From an uncultured Bdellovibrionales bacterium (GTDB lineage Bacteria > Patescibacteriota > Minisyncoccia > Moranbacterales > UBA1568), in the NCBI GenBank assembly GCA_964594215.1, contig CAZQLN010000001.1, forward strand, positions 39,638-103,637: a DNA stretch of 64,000 nucleotides. The letters run 5' to 3'. Shown here one piece after another: positions 1 to 8,650 of the stretch; within the stretch, counting starts at the first letter, position 1, and every line of letters begins with the position of its first letter. The notes beneath the pieces were generated by a model. The model ran no database searches. It had not been told where the DNA came from and saw only the letters and a program-made list of their open reading frames with translations. The position numbers and the translations under genes are program-made.

Positions 1-49
1 TTTGTATGACTATTTTTGGATACATCTTGAGTCATTGGGTCTAAACCTT

Positions 50-769
50 ATGGAGGTGAGCGCAAAACAAAAAGAGGCACGTGAGCACTATCAGGAAACT
101 TTGACGTTTCTCAGGAAGAAGAAAAAAATCTGCTTTCTGACTACCTCGAGTCGGTGGGAGGGTGAGCCGAGTGGTAACATGGCCAAAAGCACGCTGCTTG
201 CCTATGAGCTTAAACATGATCTCGGTGACAAGGTTACCCTTATTGATGTCGCTAAATTGCATATAGTACAGTGCGAGGGTAATGTCTCGACGAATAACGG
301 TAATGTCTGCGGTATGGCTAAGGCGGTACTGCATGATGATGAGAAAAACCCATCAGGTCAGCACCGGTGTTGGGCAAGTCTCAATAATCCCAATGATGAA
401 CTGTGGAAGGTGAGTAAGGTGCTCCTCGAGAGTGACGTAGTGATTTTCTTCGCTTCAGTGCGTTGGGGTCAGACTAACGGTGTCTATCAGAAACTTATTG
501 AACGGCTAACGTGGCTGGAAAACCGCCACTCGACTCTCGGTGAAGACAATATTATCAAAGACATCGCGGCCGGTATTATCGTGGTAGGTCAGAACTGGAG
601 AGGAAAGGAAGTGCTCGAAACTCAAAAACATGTTTTGGAATATTTTGGTTTTGATGTCCGTCCAGAATTGACTTGGAACTGGCAGTACACAGATAATCTA
701 GAAGATGAACGACCGGAAACGTATATTGAAGGAGTAAAGGATTTTCGTAAAACATTTCTTCATGAATAA
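50..769 (+). CDS. NAD(P)H-dependent FMN reductase / multimeric flavodoxin (WrbA/iron-sulfur flavoprotein-like)
   Basis: Flavodoxin-fold pattern (FLTTSSR...KST, ESDVVIFFASVRWG, QKLIERL, GIIVVGQNW). ATG at 50 chosen; the frame is open to the window edge. Confidence 0.7.
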   Translation: MEVSAKQKEAREHYQETLTFLRKKKKICFLTTSSRWEGEPSGNMAKSTLLAYELKHDLGDKVTLIDVAKLHIVQCEGNVSTNNGNVCGMAKAVLHDDEKNPSGQHRCWASLNNPNDELWKVSKVLLESDVVIFFASVRWGQTNGVYQKLIERLTWLENRHSTLGEDNIIKDIAAGIIVVGQNWRGKEVLETQKHVLEYFGFDVRPELTWNWQYTDNLEDERPETYIEGVKDFRKTFLHE

Positions 770-1043
770 TAATATTTCTCATAAGTACTGGTTTCGTCCC
801 AAAAAATTTTGGAGGGTTTTTGCCTTTTATTATCCAACATCACGTGCTGGGTATGTAGCTACACTCCTTCTCATCTTGCCACTGATTGTTATTTTTCAGT
901 ATATCGACAAGTATTCACATTCAGCTTCAGATACACTTTTCAATTTCGCTCCCTGGGGGATTGCTTTTGCCGCTATTTTTGATAGTCTGTGCTTCCGTTT
1001 TGGGGAATATCCTGCCTGGTGGAAGAAAAATAAAGCTACCTAA
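762..1043 (+). CDS. small membrane protein
   Basis: 93 aa, two hydrophobic segments, overlaps the upstream stop. Confidence 0.65.
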   Translation: MNNNISHKYWFRPKKFWRVFAFYYPTSRAGYVATLLLILPLIVIFQYIDKYSHSASDTLFNFAPWGIAFAAIFDSLCFRFGEYPAWWKKNKAT

Positions 1044-1768
1044 CGTAGAATACTCTCTGCAGTTGGGACTATCTTATCGGTCCATAGAGTGTAGTGTTTG
1101 GCGCTTGGGTGCAGGCCATCTCCAGTGGTGAGACTTGGCGTGTCACTGACGCTTTGACTAACCTCCCAAATATCTACTACGGGGATATCTTCCTTTTGGG
1201 CCTCCTCGTTGATGATTTTATTGTATGAAATGAGTGCTTCAGTATTTTTGGTGGAGTCACCGAATTTTTTTCCAGATGGTGTGAGGCTGTAGTTGGGGAT
1301 AGTAAGTATGAAGATACGAGCCTGGGGTTTAGTAGCTTTGACTTTATCAAGCACGGAAACAAAACGTGTACGAAAAATCTCGCTGTCAGTGCCGCGAACC
1401 TGATCATTGACGCCTATAAGAAGAGAGATAAGATTGGCGTTACTGTTTTTGAGAATAGGTAGTTCTCGTTCGATCAGATCGAGGGTGGTGTAACCGGTGC
1501 GGCTTGGATTATTGAGAAGTTCTATGGAATAGCCTTTTTCACGTAAACGGGTAGTGAGTTGGTTAGGGAAGCGATCCTGCTCACGGACACCCTCACCAAT
1601 GGTGTATGAATCACCAAGAGGCATATATTGGATAGTAGCAGCCTTGTCTCCTGGGAGGGTTTGAGAATTGGTTTTGGGAAGGGGGTTGGATTTTTTGGGA
1701 AACAATAGAATGGCTACTATGATGAGTACCACGATAACCAACATGATAGCGAGCAGGTTTTTGGGCAT
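1040..1768 (-). CDS. SGNH/GDSL hydrolase with N-terminal membrane anchor
   Basis: LGDSYT, GYTT, GVND and DGLHPS blocks; probable start MPKNLL at 1768. Confidence 0.9.
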   Translation of the reverse strand: MPKNLLAIMLVIVVLIIVAILLFPKKSNPLPKTNSQTLPGDKAATIQYMPLGDSYTIGEGVREQDRFPNQLTTRLREKGYSIELLNNPSRTGYTTLDLIERELPILKNSNANLISLLIGVNDQVRGTDSEIFRTRFVSVLDKVKATKPQARIFILTIPNYSLTPSGKKFGDSTKNTEALISYNKIINEEAQKEDIPVVDIWEVSQSVSDTPSLTTGDGLHPSAKHYTLWTDKIVPTAESILR

Positions 1769-1772
1769 AGCT

Positions 1773-2063
1773 CTATGAGAGAGATCTGTTGATAGAAGGG
1801 TTGATATCTTCCCATGCATCAGTACGGTCAACTTCACGGAGGCGAGCAATTTCTTCTTCCGGATTCATGATAGCCGTCTTTAACTCATCATCGGTACGAC
1901 CAAGGTAGCGGGCCATGCCGATTTTTTGTTTATAGAGAACTTCTAATTCTGCACGGGTAAGAGTAGCTAGATCAGGAGTAAGCTCGGCTTGCATTTCCTC
2001 ATTGATACGATCATTATCCGCCTTGTCGTCAGGTGTCAGGGGTAGATTAAATTGTTGTTCCAT
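1773..2063 (-). CDS. hypothetical acidic protein
   Basis: 96-aa ORF ending 4 nt before the SGNH gene start. Confidence 0.65.
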   Translation of the reverse strand: MEQQFNLPLTPDDKADNDRINEEMQAELTPDLATLTRAELEVLYKQKIGMARYLGRTDDELKTAIMNPEEEIARLREVDRTDAWEDINPSINRSLS

Positions 2064-2111
2064 AGGGGTAGAAAGTTAAAATTCTGTCTTCAGTATACCA
2101 CTTTAGTCGCA

Positions 2112-2120
2112 TGCTATACT
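2112..2120 (+). promoter_or_regulatory. extended -10 promoter
   Basis: TGCTATACT 19 nt upstream of the exonuclease ATG; the same motif occurs at 14340 and 47449. Confidence 0.55.
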
Positions 2121-2139
2121 AAGACATATCTGTAGCCCT

Positions 2140-2871
2140 ATGACTAAGCAAAATCTCATTTTTCTTGATACCGAAACCACTGGACTGACTACCGAAGACC
2201 GGCTTTGTCAGGTTGCCTACACTTTCCAGGGCGTAGAAGTAGAAGCCTTATTCAAGCCACCTGTACCCATCTCTATCGAGGCTATGTCGGTAACCCATAT
2301 CACGAACCGTATGGTGGCCGACAAGCCACCCTTCGTAGAGTCACGGATGAAAAACGATCTCATGCAGATACTGGCTTCGGGAAATATTCTTGTCGCTCAT
2401 AATGCTCGTTTTGATATTGAAATGCTTAAACGCGAGGGCATTCTCGTTAATCACTATATCGATACATTCAAGGTCGCCTATGCTCTTGATCAGAATGATG
2501 AAATACCACGGTATGCGCTTCAATACCTGCGTTACTTTTTCGATCTTGAGGTACCTGAAGCTACTGCTCACAGCGCCCTTGGTGATGTACGGGTTCTGAT
2601 TGCTGTCTTTAATTTTCTTTATGAGAGAATGTTTGAGCAAATAGGGGATGAGACAAAAGTGCTGACGGAGATGATGGACATTTCTTCACGACCCCTCTTG
2701 TTTCGCACATTTACTTTCGGTAAACACATGGGTCGCACTGTGAAAGAAGTAGCCTCTGAAGACCCTGGCTATGTCACGTGGTTGTTCAATCAGAAGGTTA
2801 TGAATCGTGAGAATGGCGAAGATGATGATGAAAATTGGATCTACACCCTCGACTTCTATATGAAAAAATAG
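2140..2871 (+). CDS. DEDDh 3'-5' exonuclease (DnaQ/ExoX-like)
   Basis: DTETTG, AHNARFD, HSALGD motifs; C-terminal FGKHMG...DPGYVTWL as in ExoX-like proteins. Confidence 0.9.
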   Translation: MTKQNLIFLDTETTGLTTEDRLCQVAYTFQGVEVEALFKPPVPISIEAMSVTHITNRMVADKPPFVESRMKNDLMQILASGNILVAHNARFDIEMLKREGILVNHYIDTFKVAYALDQNDEIPRYALQYLRYFFDLEVPEATAHSALGDVRVLIAVFNFLYERMFEQIGDETKVLTEMMDISSRPLLFRTFTFGKHMGRTVKEVASEDPGYVTWLFNQKVMNRENGEDDDENWIYTLDFYMKK

Positions 2872-2907
2872 GTCAATTAGATTAAACGGGATAAAGAAAT
2901 AAAGTTG

Positions 2908-4398
2908 ATGATACTGACCAAGACTGACTTCAAAGAATACCTCCTCTGTCACAAGAGTTTGTGGCTCAAAAAAAACAAGCCGGAGCTCTACACACCGGGA
3001 GAGTTTTCTTTGTTTCTTCAGAAGATTCTCCAAGATGGCGATGCTGTGGAAGCCTACGTCCAGAAGCTTTTTCCGGAAGGTGTTCTGATACATGGTCACA
3101 ATAAAGCCTTGGTAGAGAAAACCCAAGAACTCTTACCACAACAAGGAACACTTTTTCAAGCGACCTTTGAAACTCCAGAAGGGCTTTTTGCTAAGATAGA
3201 TATTCTCAAGTGGAATAGCGAGACGAAGAAGTGGGATATCTACGAAGTCAAAGCTAGTACCGAAATCAAGAGTGATCTCAAACACAATCACCTCAAAGAT
3301 ATAACCTTTCAGACATTGGTTGTTGAATCAGTACTTGGCAATGATATGGTGGGGGAGAGTTTTATTATCTATATCAACAAAGACTATCGCCGAAGTGAAG
3401 ACCTCGATCTTGAACGCTTGTTTGTTTTTGAGAATGTTACCAATGATGTAGAGAGTATCCGTGATGAGGTGATGCGAGAAATGCAAGAAGCTCTCAAACA
3501 TCTCGCAGAAGAAGAAATCATTTACCAGACTTGTCCATGTTTTTACCGTACGAATGGTCAACGCTGTGACGCTTTTTTCTTTTTCAACCCGGACGTGCCA
3601 GCCTATTCAGTGCACCATATAGTGAGTGGCAAAAAGTTACAGACTTTACTCGATATGAATGTCTTGGCAATTGAGACTATTCCAGAAGATTTCCCATTGA
3701 CCCCGATCCAGCGCAAGAAGGTAGAATTGGTTAAATCGGGCCAGCCGGTGATTAACACTCAAGCTATTGCCAAAGAATTAGAAAAACTCTCTTTCCCACT
3801 CTACTTCTTAGACTACGAAACCTACAGCTCTCCCATACCGTTGCTCCCAGGTTATAAAGCCAATCAAGCGGTCGTTTTTCAGGCGTCTGTTCATAAACTG
3901 GATCAAGATGGGACTCTTGAACATTTCGAATATCTGGCCCATGATTTTACCGATGCAACCCGAGGCCTTGTCGCTATGCTCACTCAAGCAATTGGACCTG
4001 TGGGAGATGTGTTAGTTTGGTATGAAAGTTTTGAGAAAGGGAGAAACAAGGAGCTTGCAGAACTTCATCCTGAACAGAGCGAGTTTTTCCTGAATCTCAA
4101 TGAGCGCATCTTTGATCTAATGAAGGTCTTTACCAAGCACTACGCTGACCCAAACTTTGGAGGGAGTTTTTCTATTAAGAATGTTTTGCCAGTGATGTTA
4201 CCAGAACTAACGTACAAGAGTTTGGAAATTCAAAACGGTACCATGGCTCTCTCAGAATGGGAGAAAACAGTGAACAGCAACATGACTGATGAACGTCGTC
4301 AGGAGACCAGGGAGAATCTCCTTCGCTATTGTGAGCTTGATACCCGTGCGATGGTAGAGCTTTACAAAACACTCATTCAAAAAGTAGCAATGCGATGA
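2908..4398 (+). CDS. DUF2779-type protein: PD-(D/E)XK nuclease domain plus RNase H-like domain
   Basis: N-terminal CHKSLWL, IDIL...YEVKAS; C-terminal YFLDYET, FDL, SFSIKNVLP, LRYCELDT. Confidence 0.8.
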   Translation: MILTKTDFKEYLLCHKSLWLKKNKPELYTPGEFSLFLQKILQDGDAVEAYVQKLFPEGVLIHGHNKALVEKTQELLPQQGTLFQATFETPEGLFAKIDILKWNSETKKWDIYEVKASTEIKSDLKHNHLKDITFQTLVVESVLGNDMVGESFIIYINKDYRRSEDLDLERLFVFENVTNDVESIRDEVMREMQEALKHLAEEEIIYQTCPCFYRTNGQRCDAFFFFNPDVPAYSVHHIVSGKKLQTLLDMNVLAIETIPEDFPLTPIQRKKVELVKSGQPVINTQAIAKELEKLSFPLYFLDYETYSSPIPLLPGYKANQAVVFQASVHKLDQDGTLEHFEYLAHDFTDATRGLVAMLTQAIGPVGDVLVWYESFEKGRNKELAELHPEQSEFFLNLNERIFDLMKVFTKHYADPNFGGSFSIKNVLPVMLPELTYKSLEIQNGTMALSEWEKTVNSNMTDERRQETRENLLRYCELDTRAMVELYKTLIQKVAMR

Positions 4399-4694
4399 CA
4401 CTGAAGAAGAAGTACACGGTCAAGGGAAAGATATTTGCCTACTCAGTAGATCCCACAAGCTGGTATTTTATATATGTCGATAAAAAAGATTCAGTGGAAA
4501 TCAAAAACAAAGCAACTAAAAAGGTGGGCTTTGGTTTCATACCAGTGGAAGTGACTCTCAAAAAAACCATATGGCGGACAACACTTTTTCCCACCAAAGA
4601 GGGGCCGTATCTCATCTCTCTCAAAAAAATGGTTCGACAAAAGGAAGGCTTGTTTGCTGGAGAGCGGATTACCCTTACATTTCGTCTCTTGTAA
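4395..4694 (+). CDS. DUF1905-like protein
   Basis: WYF, GFGFIPVEVT, WRTTLFP, LKKMVRQKEGL pattern; ATGA overlap with the upstream gene. Confidence 0.75.
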   Translation: MTLKKKYTVKGKIFAYSVDPTSWYFIYVDKKDSVEIKNKATKKVGFGFIPVEVTLKKTIWRTTLFPTKEGPYLISLKKMVRQKEGLFAGERITLTFRLL

Positions 4695-4731
4695 GAGGAT
4701 ATGCTAGAGTAGGTTTTTAGGATAAGAAGTC

Positions 4732-6063
4732 ATGACTCAAGATACAGCGCTGGCATTATTGCGGGCCGGTCACAGCGTGTTTCTCACCGGAGAAGCGGGT
4801 ACCGGTAAAACACATACCGTAAACGAATACACTAAATACCTTCGTAGCCGAGGGATTCCTTTTGCAGTGACCGCATCAACCGGTATAGCGGCTACTCATA
4901 TTGGAGGGATGACGATTCACTCTTGGAGTGGCATTGGCACAGCTAGGGAGCTCAACGAAACAGAGATCAAAAATATTGCTAAGACTGCTCACGTCGCTAA
5001 ACGTATTCGTAAATCAGCAGTACTGATCATCGATGAGATTTCCATGCTTGATGGACGAGTACTGACTCTGATTGAAACAGTCTGTCGGGTAGTACGTAAA
5101 TCCACCATCCCGTTCGGAGGCATGCAAGTCGTCTTGGTCGGTGATTTTTTTCAGTTGCCGCCAGTGACCAAAGCAGGAGAAACTCCAGAGTATGCATTTG
5201 CTAGTGAAGCTTGGGAACGTCTAGTTCCGATCGTATGTTATCTTCACGAACAATTCCGCCAAGAAGATAAGGTTTTTCTCAATCTTCTCAAAGCCTTGCG
5301 CGCTAATACTCTCGAAGAGACCCATTATGAGACTTTTCGTGGTCAAATGGTGACTGAAGATGAAGCTCCTCTTGGTATCACTCGTCTTTACGCGCACAAC
5401 CTTGATGTGGATCGAATCAACCAAGAAGAACTCCGTCAGTTACCCGGGAAAATCCACGCCTATCAAATGCGTGGGAAAGGTAAGGAAGCTTTAGTAGAAA
5501 CACTCAAGCGCACCTGTCTTTCACCAGAGCGTCTCGAACTTAAGATCGGTGCTCTGGTTATGTTCACCAAAAATAATTCTAGTGCGGGGTATGTGAACGG
5601 CACTCAGGGAGTGGTCACTGCTTTTCATCCAGAGAGTAAATTGCCTATAGTCAAAACGCGAAGCGGTAACATCATTGAGGTTGGTCCGATGGATTGGTCG
5701 ATGTTCGAAGGTGACGAGGCTCTCGCGGTAGTGACGCAATTGCCTCTCCGTCTCGCCTGGGCGCTCACCATCCATAAGAGTCAGGGGACGAGTCTTGATG
5801 CAGCGGTTATTGATCTTTCAAAAGTGTTTGAGTATGGACAGGGGTATGTAGCGCTCTCTCGCGTAAGAACACTGCGTGGTCTACACCTCTTGGGTATGAA
5901 TAACAAAGCGACACAAGTACATCCACATATTAGAGCAGTTGATCAAGAATTTAAAATTGCCTCTGAAGAAGCGAGAAGTAAATACGAAGCTATTGATGAT
6001 AACACTCGCGCACAACTTGAGACTAACTTTATTTTGGTTTCTGGCGGTAAGCGAGGGGAGTAG
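4732..6063 (+). CDS. Pif1-family 5'-3' DNA helicase
   Basis: GEAGTGKT, DEISM, GDFFQLPPV, QLPLRLAWALTIHKSQG, YVALSR. Confidence 0.92.
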   Translation: MTQDTALALLRAGHSVFLTGEAGTGKTHTVNEYTKYLRSRGIPFAVTASTGIAATHIGGMTIHSWSGIGTARELNETEIKNIAKTAHVAKRIRKSAVLIIDEISMLDGRVLTLIETVCRVVRKSTIPFGGMQVVLVGDFFQLPPVTKAGETPEYAFASEAWERLVPIVCYLHEQFRQEDKVFLNLLKALRANTLEETHYETFRGQMVTEDEAPLGITRLYAHNLDVDRINQEELRQLPGKIHAYQMRGKGKEALVETLKRTCLSPERLELKIGALVMFTKNNSSAGYVNGTQGVVTAFHPESKLPIVKTRSGNIIEVGPMDWSMFEGDEALAVVTQLPLRLAWALTIHKSQGTSLDAAVIDLSKVFEYGQGYVALSRVRTLRGLHLLGMNNKATQVHPHIRAVDQEFKIASEEARSKYEAIDDNTRAQLETNFILVSGGKRGE

Positions 6064-6074
6064 TTTTTGGATAC

Positions 6075-6218
6075 AAAAAAAGCCCTCAATGCGGGCAAAC
6101 GGGTCTGGGTCCCTAGAAGTGAGTATCGGAAAAAAATTTACTTTTTTCCCTATAAAATATAGGTGGGTCCCAATTAGAGAGCCGAAGCTCTGTCGCGTAC
6201 CTTTCTGAAGGCTTTCAT
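6075..6218 (-). ncRNA. candidate multi-hairpin small RNA (unassigned)
   Basis: TGATATACT extended -10 at 6231-6223, four hairpins including a cUUCGg tetraloop, two GGGACCCA repeats, terminator GCCC..GGGC-U7. Confidence 0.4.
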
Positions 6219-6241
6219 ATACAGTATATCATATAAAAAAA

Positions 6242-6823
6242 TCACCTCCCGAAGCGTTGCTTGGGAGGTGTGGGATCACCAGTACACTGATAGCCTTGAT
6301 TGCGATCAAGGCCATACTCAGTCTCACCGGTCTTGCTGGTAATCCAAAAGTAGATGATGGGTACACAGGCATTTCGCATTTTTGTTTGGCCTAGTTGAGA
6401 CAGTTTCGCCTGAAAATCTAGGTAGGCTTTACGCGCAGCGATTTCTTCATTCGTGAGGGGCTTGTCTTTGACTGCCCAATCACCAGAAACAATCAATCGA
6501 TCAAAGATAGTTGGCCATTCTTGATGAATGATTTGATCGCGCTCATCAAGAAGAGCTGAAAGCTGTTCTTCTGAGCATTTCTCAAAGCGCATACATTCCT
6601 GAAAATTTTCGAAGTTGTTTGTGAGGCGTGGAGAGCGGCGCATGAACTCATTGCTGACCGCAGTGATACCTTCTTCATAGAGTTTCAGATTACTCCACGG
6701 GTTGAGAGCTCGGATATTACCTCCAAGAGTAGAGAGAATAAAAAGACAGAGTCCAGCTAAGGCAACGAGTGTGGCTATGAGCCAAACGAAGTTCTTTAGG
6801 TGGTATAAATGAGTCTTGGACAC
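6242..6823 (-). CDS. hypothetical membrane-anchored/exported protein
   Basis: N-terminal TM and several Cys. GTG start at 6823 after GGAG; the track's TTG at 6886 is the -35 box. Confidence 0.7.
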   Translation of the reverse strand: MSKTHLYHLKNFVWLIATLVALAGLCLFILSTLGGNIRALNPWSNLKLYEEGITAVSNEFMRRSPRLTNNFENFQECMRFEKCSEEQLSALLDERDQIIHQEWPTIFDRLIVSGDWAVKDKPLTNEEIAARKAYLDFQAKLSQLGQTKMRNACVPIIYFWITSKTGETEYGLDRNQGYQCTGDPTPPKQRFGR

Positions 6824-6857
6824 AAGTATCTCCAAAAAGTGAAAGAACCAGGAGCGT

Positions 6858-6886
6858 AGTATAGAAAGAAATAAAAAATGAGTCAA
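6858..6886 (-). promoter_or_regulatory. sigma70 promoter
   Basis: TTGACT-N17-TATACT. Confidence 0.75.
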
Positions 6887-6899
6887 TATATCAAGAGTA

Positions 6900-6928
6900 T
6901 TGACGATTAGTACACAAGGCGTTAAAAT
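6900..6928 (+). promoter_or_regulatory. sigma70 promoter
   Basis: TTGACG-N17-TAAAAT. Confidence 0.7.
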
Positions 6929-6936
6929 TTTTTGGC

Positions 6937-6957
6937 GTGCATTTCACAGGGAGGTGC
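6937..6957 (+). repeat. 5' leader hairpin, copy 1
   Basis: GTGCATTTCACAGGGAGGTGC, 18/21 identical to 7425-7445. Confidence 0.7.
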
Positions 6958-6987
6958 AGCAGTTTTCTCAAGAGGGAGAGATACGAC

Positions 6988-7305
6988 ATGGATAAGCCTC
7001 TGCCGAAGTGTGCAGTTTTTGGCCTCGCCAGAACACAGCCGGCTCGCGATGTATTGAAAGCGGCTCTGGGTCCCAATATTCCGTCGGACATCGTTTTGAT
7101 GGAAATTTGTCCGGACAACAAGCCAAGACCTCGCAAAGTTTTCCCAATGTCTGAGAGAGACGTCGTGGCATGCCTAAAGGCTTTGCCGAAGCTGTCTGGT
7201 AGGGTCGATCAGGAATTCGGCTTTTTCCGACAAACCAACAAACCAAGGCAGATTAAATTGGTCTGTCCACGGCAATTGGCTCAGGCAGTAGGCGTCACAG
7301 TCTAA
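6988..7305 (+). CDS. hypothetical protein (orphan)
   Basis: ATG after AAGAGGGAG; own promoter and terminator. Confidence 0.65.
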   Translation: MDKPLPKCAVFGLARTQPARDVLKAALGPNIPSDIVLMEICPDNKPRPRKVFPMSERDVVACLKALPKLSGRVDQEFGFFRQTNKPRQIKLVCPRQLAQAVGVTV

Positions 7306-7339
7306 CTCTATAGCGGAGTCTATCCCAGAGGATGTACAT

Positions 7340-7366
7340 GGCGGGTTCGAGATTTCTCGGCCCGCC
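7340..7366 (+). terminator. 27-nt terminator-like hairpin, copy 1
   Basis: GGCGGGTTCGAGATTTCTCGGCCCGCC followed by ATATTTTT; 26/27 identical to 7979-8005. Confidence 0.75.
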
Positions 7367-7389
7367 ATATTTTTATATCAAGCCAGACC

Positions 7390-7418
7390 TTGACTGAAAG
7401 GCTCTAACAGGGTAGGAT
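7390..7418 (+). promoter_or_regulatory. sigma70 promoter
   Basis: TTGACT-N17-TAGGAT. Confidence 0.65.
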
Positions 7419-7424
7419 TTTCAG

Positions 7425-7445
7425 GTGCATCTCAAGGGGAGGTGC
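7425..7445 (+). repeat. 5' leader hairpin, copy 2
   Basis: GTGCATCTCAAGGGGAGGTGC. Confidence 0.7.
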
Positions 7446-7468
7446 GCGTAAACAAGAGGGAATATTGC

Positions 7469-7945
7469 ATGCCACCAGCAATGCAAAATACAGCTGTTTC
7501 GCAATCTCCGGTCAGTCGCGGTCATGCAGGGCGTGCCCCTGCTCCGATACGCGATCGGTCTACGAAGCCGGGACTTGTCTTGGTGCAAGAAGAGAGGGGT
7601 CATGAGGAGACCTCCTTGCTCAAAACTCTGTATCCTGGAAGGGTGTTTGGCTGTGAAAAGGGACCTCGTCCCCGAGCGAGGAAGAGGGTCTTATTGTACG
7701 ACCTCTCTTCAAAAGCTCGCAGTGCTATCCTGGAAATGGATGCGACCGGTCATTACGGCCAGGATAACTTGCCGGCAAAGTCCGACATTACCGAACCGAT
7801 TGACGACGGCAACAATACTATGGCGACCGGCCCTCTCCGGACCATGGATTATTTCGAAGCTCTGAAGGCCATGGAGAAGCTCGATCCCGAGATTTCCTTC
7901 AAGGCTGCGGGGCAGATCAGTCATGGGAACTTTTATCCCATGTAA
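7469..7945 (+). CDS. hypothetical protein (orphan)
   Basis: ATG after AAGAGGGA; own promoter and terminator. Confidence 0.65.
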   Translation: MPPAMQNTAVSQSPVSRGHAGRAPAPIRDRSTKPGLVLVQEERGHEETSLLKTLYPGRVFGCEKGPRPRARKRVLLYDLSSKARSAILEMDATGHYGQDNLPAKSDITEPIDDGNNTMATGPLRTMDYFEALKAMEKLDPEISFKAAGQISHGNFYPM

Positions 7946-7978
7946 ATGCAGGCAAAAGGCTGAGGTTTAGGGAAAAGG

Positions 7979-8005
7979 GGCGGGTTCGAGATTTCTCGAC
8001 CCGCC
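7979..8005 (+). terminator. 27-nt terminator-like hairpin, copy 2
   Basis: GGCGGGTTCGAGATTTCTCGACCCGCC followed by CGCTTACTTTTT. Confidence 0.75.
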
Positions 8006-8037
8006 CGCTTACTTTTTAGAGGCAAATATTTAGATAC

Positions 8038-8066
8038 TTGACTAAAATATAAGGGTGTGTTATTAT
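8038..8066 (+). promoter_or_regulatory. sigma70 promoter
   Basis: TTGACT-N17-TATTAT. Confidence 0.7.
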
Positions 8067-8108
8067 GTAACGGCTAGATTTTGTGTATCTTGAAGCTTAA
8101 AAAGGAGA

Positions 8109-8534
8109 ATGCAGCCGATGAGTTACGGACCAAGGCCCGTATGTGAATTGAGGGCCCCTACAGTGACTGAGGGTCTCAATGACTATCAACAAGAAAAAAT
8201 AGGAGCGGATGTCATTATTTCAGAGACACAGGAGGATATCGAGAGAGCTATCATAGGAGCCCTGAACGAACGCTTTGTTCATGGTCTTGCCAAGGATAGT
8301 GTCATGATCATATTGCCAACTGATATTCATATGGCTCTGATCACGATCCGTACCTGGAAACCCGGACAAGAAAACTTTCCGGGCGTCTGTATCAGCAGAA
8401 CTCCCGTTGCACAAGCGAGTCGTCTTCTTAATCCCGCTGAGCCAAAATACTCTGGCTATATGTTTTCTGAAGATAAAGGTTGGTATGTAGTCACATCCGA
8501 AAACATACCGCAAGATTCTCTAGCGATGGCATAG
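8109..8534 (+). CDS. hypothetical protein (orphan)
   Basis: 141 aa, AAGGAG SD, upstream promoter, downstream terminator. Confidence 0.7.
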   Translation: MQPMSYGPRPVCELRAPTVTEGLNDYQQEKIGADVIISETQEDIERAIIGALNERFVHGLAKDSVMIILPTDIHMALITIRTWKPGQENFPGVCISRTPVAQASRLLNPAEPKYSGYMFSEDKGWYVVTSENIPQDSLAMA

Positions 8535-8554
8535 CCCCATTAACTGATGGGCAC

Positions 8555-8593
8555 AAAAAGCGGCATATTCCCAACCAGGGGTATGCCGCTTTT
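8555..8593. terminator. bidirectional intrinsic terminator
   Basis: AAAAAGCGGCATATTCC...GGGGTATGCCGCTTTT between convergent genes. Confidence 0.75.
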
Positions 8594-8650
8594 CACTTTA
8601 GATAGGCTATAAATAAAAAAGGAACCGGATTACGCCTGTGGCGGTTCCGG

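Noticed and set aside
7340-7367. tRNA 3'-half look-alike (GGTTCGA...CCGCCA)
   Set aside because: No cloverleaf upstream; it folds as a single hairpin and recurs at 7979
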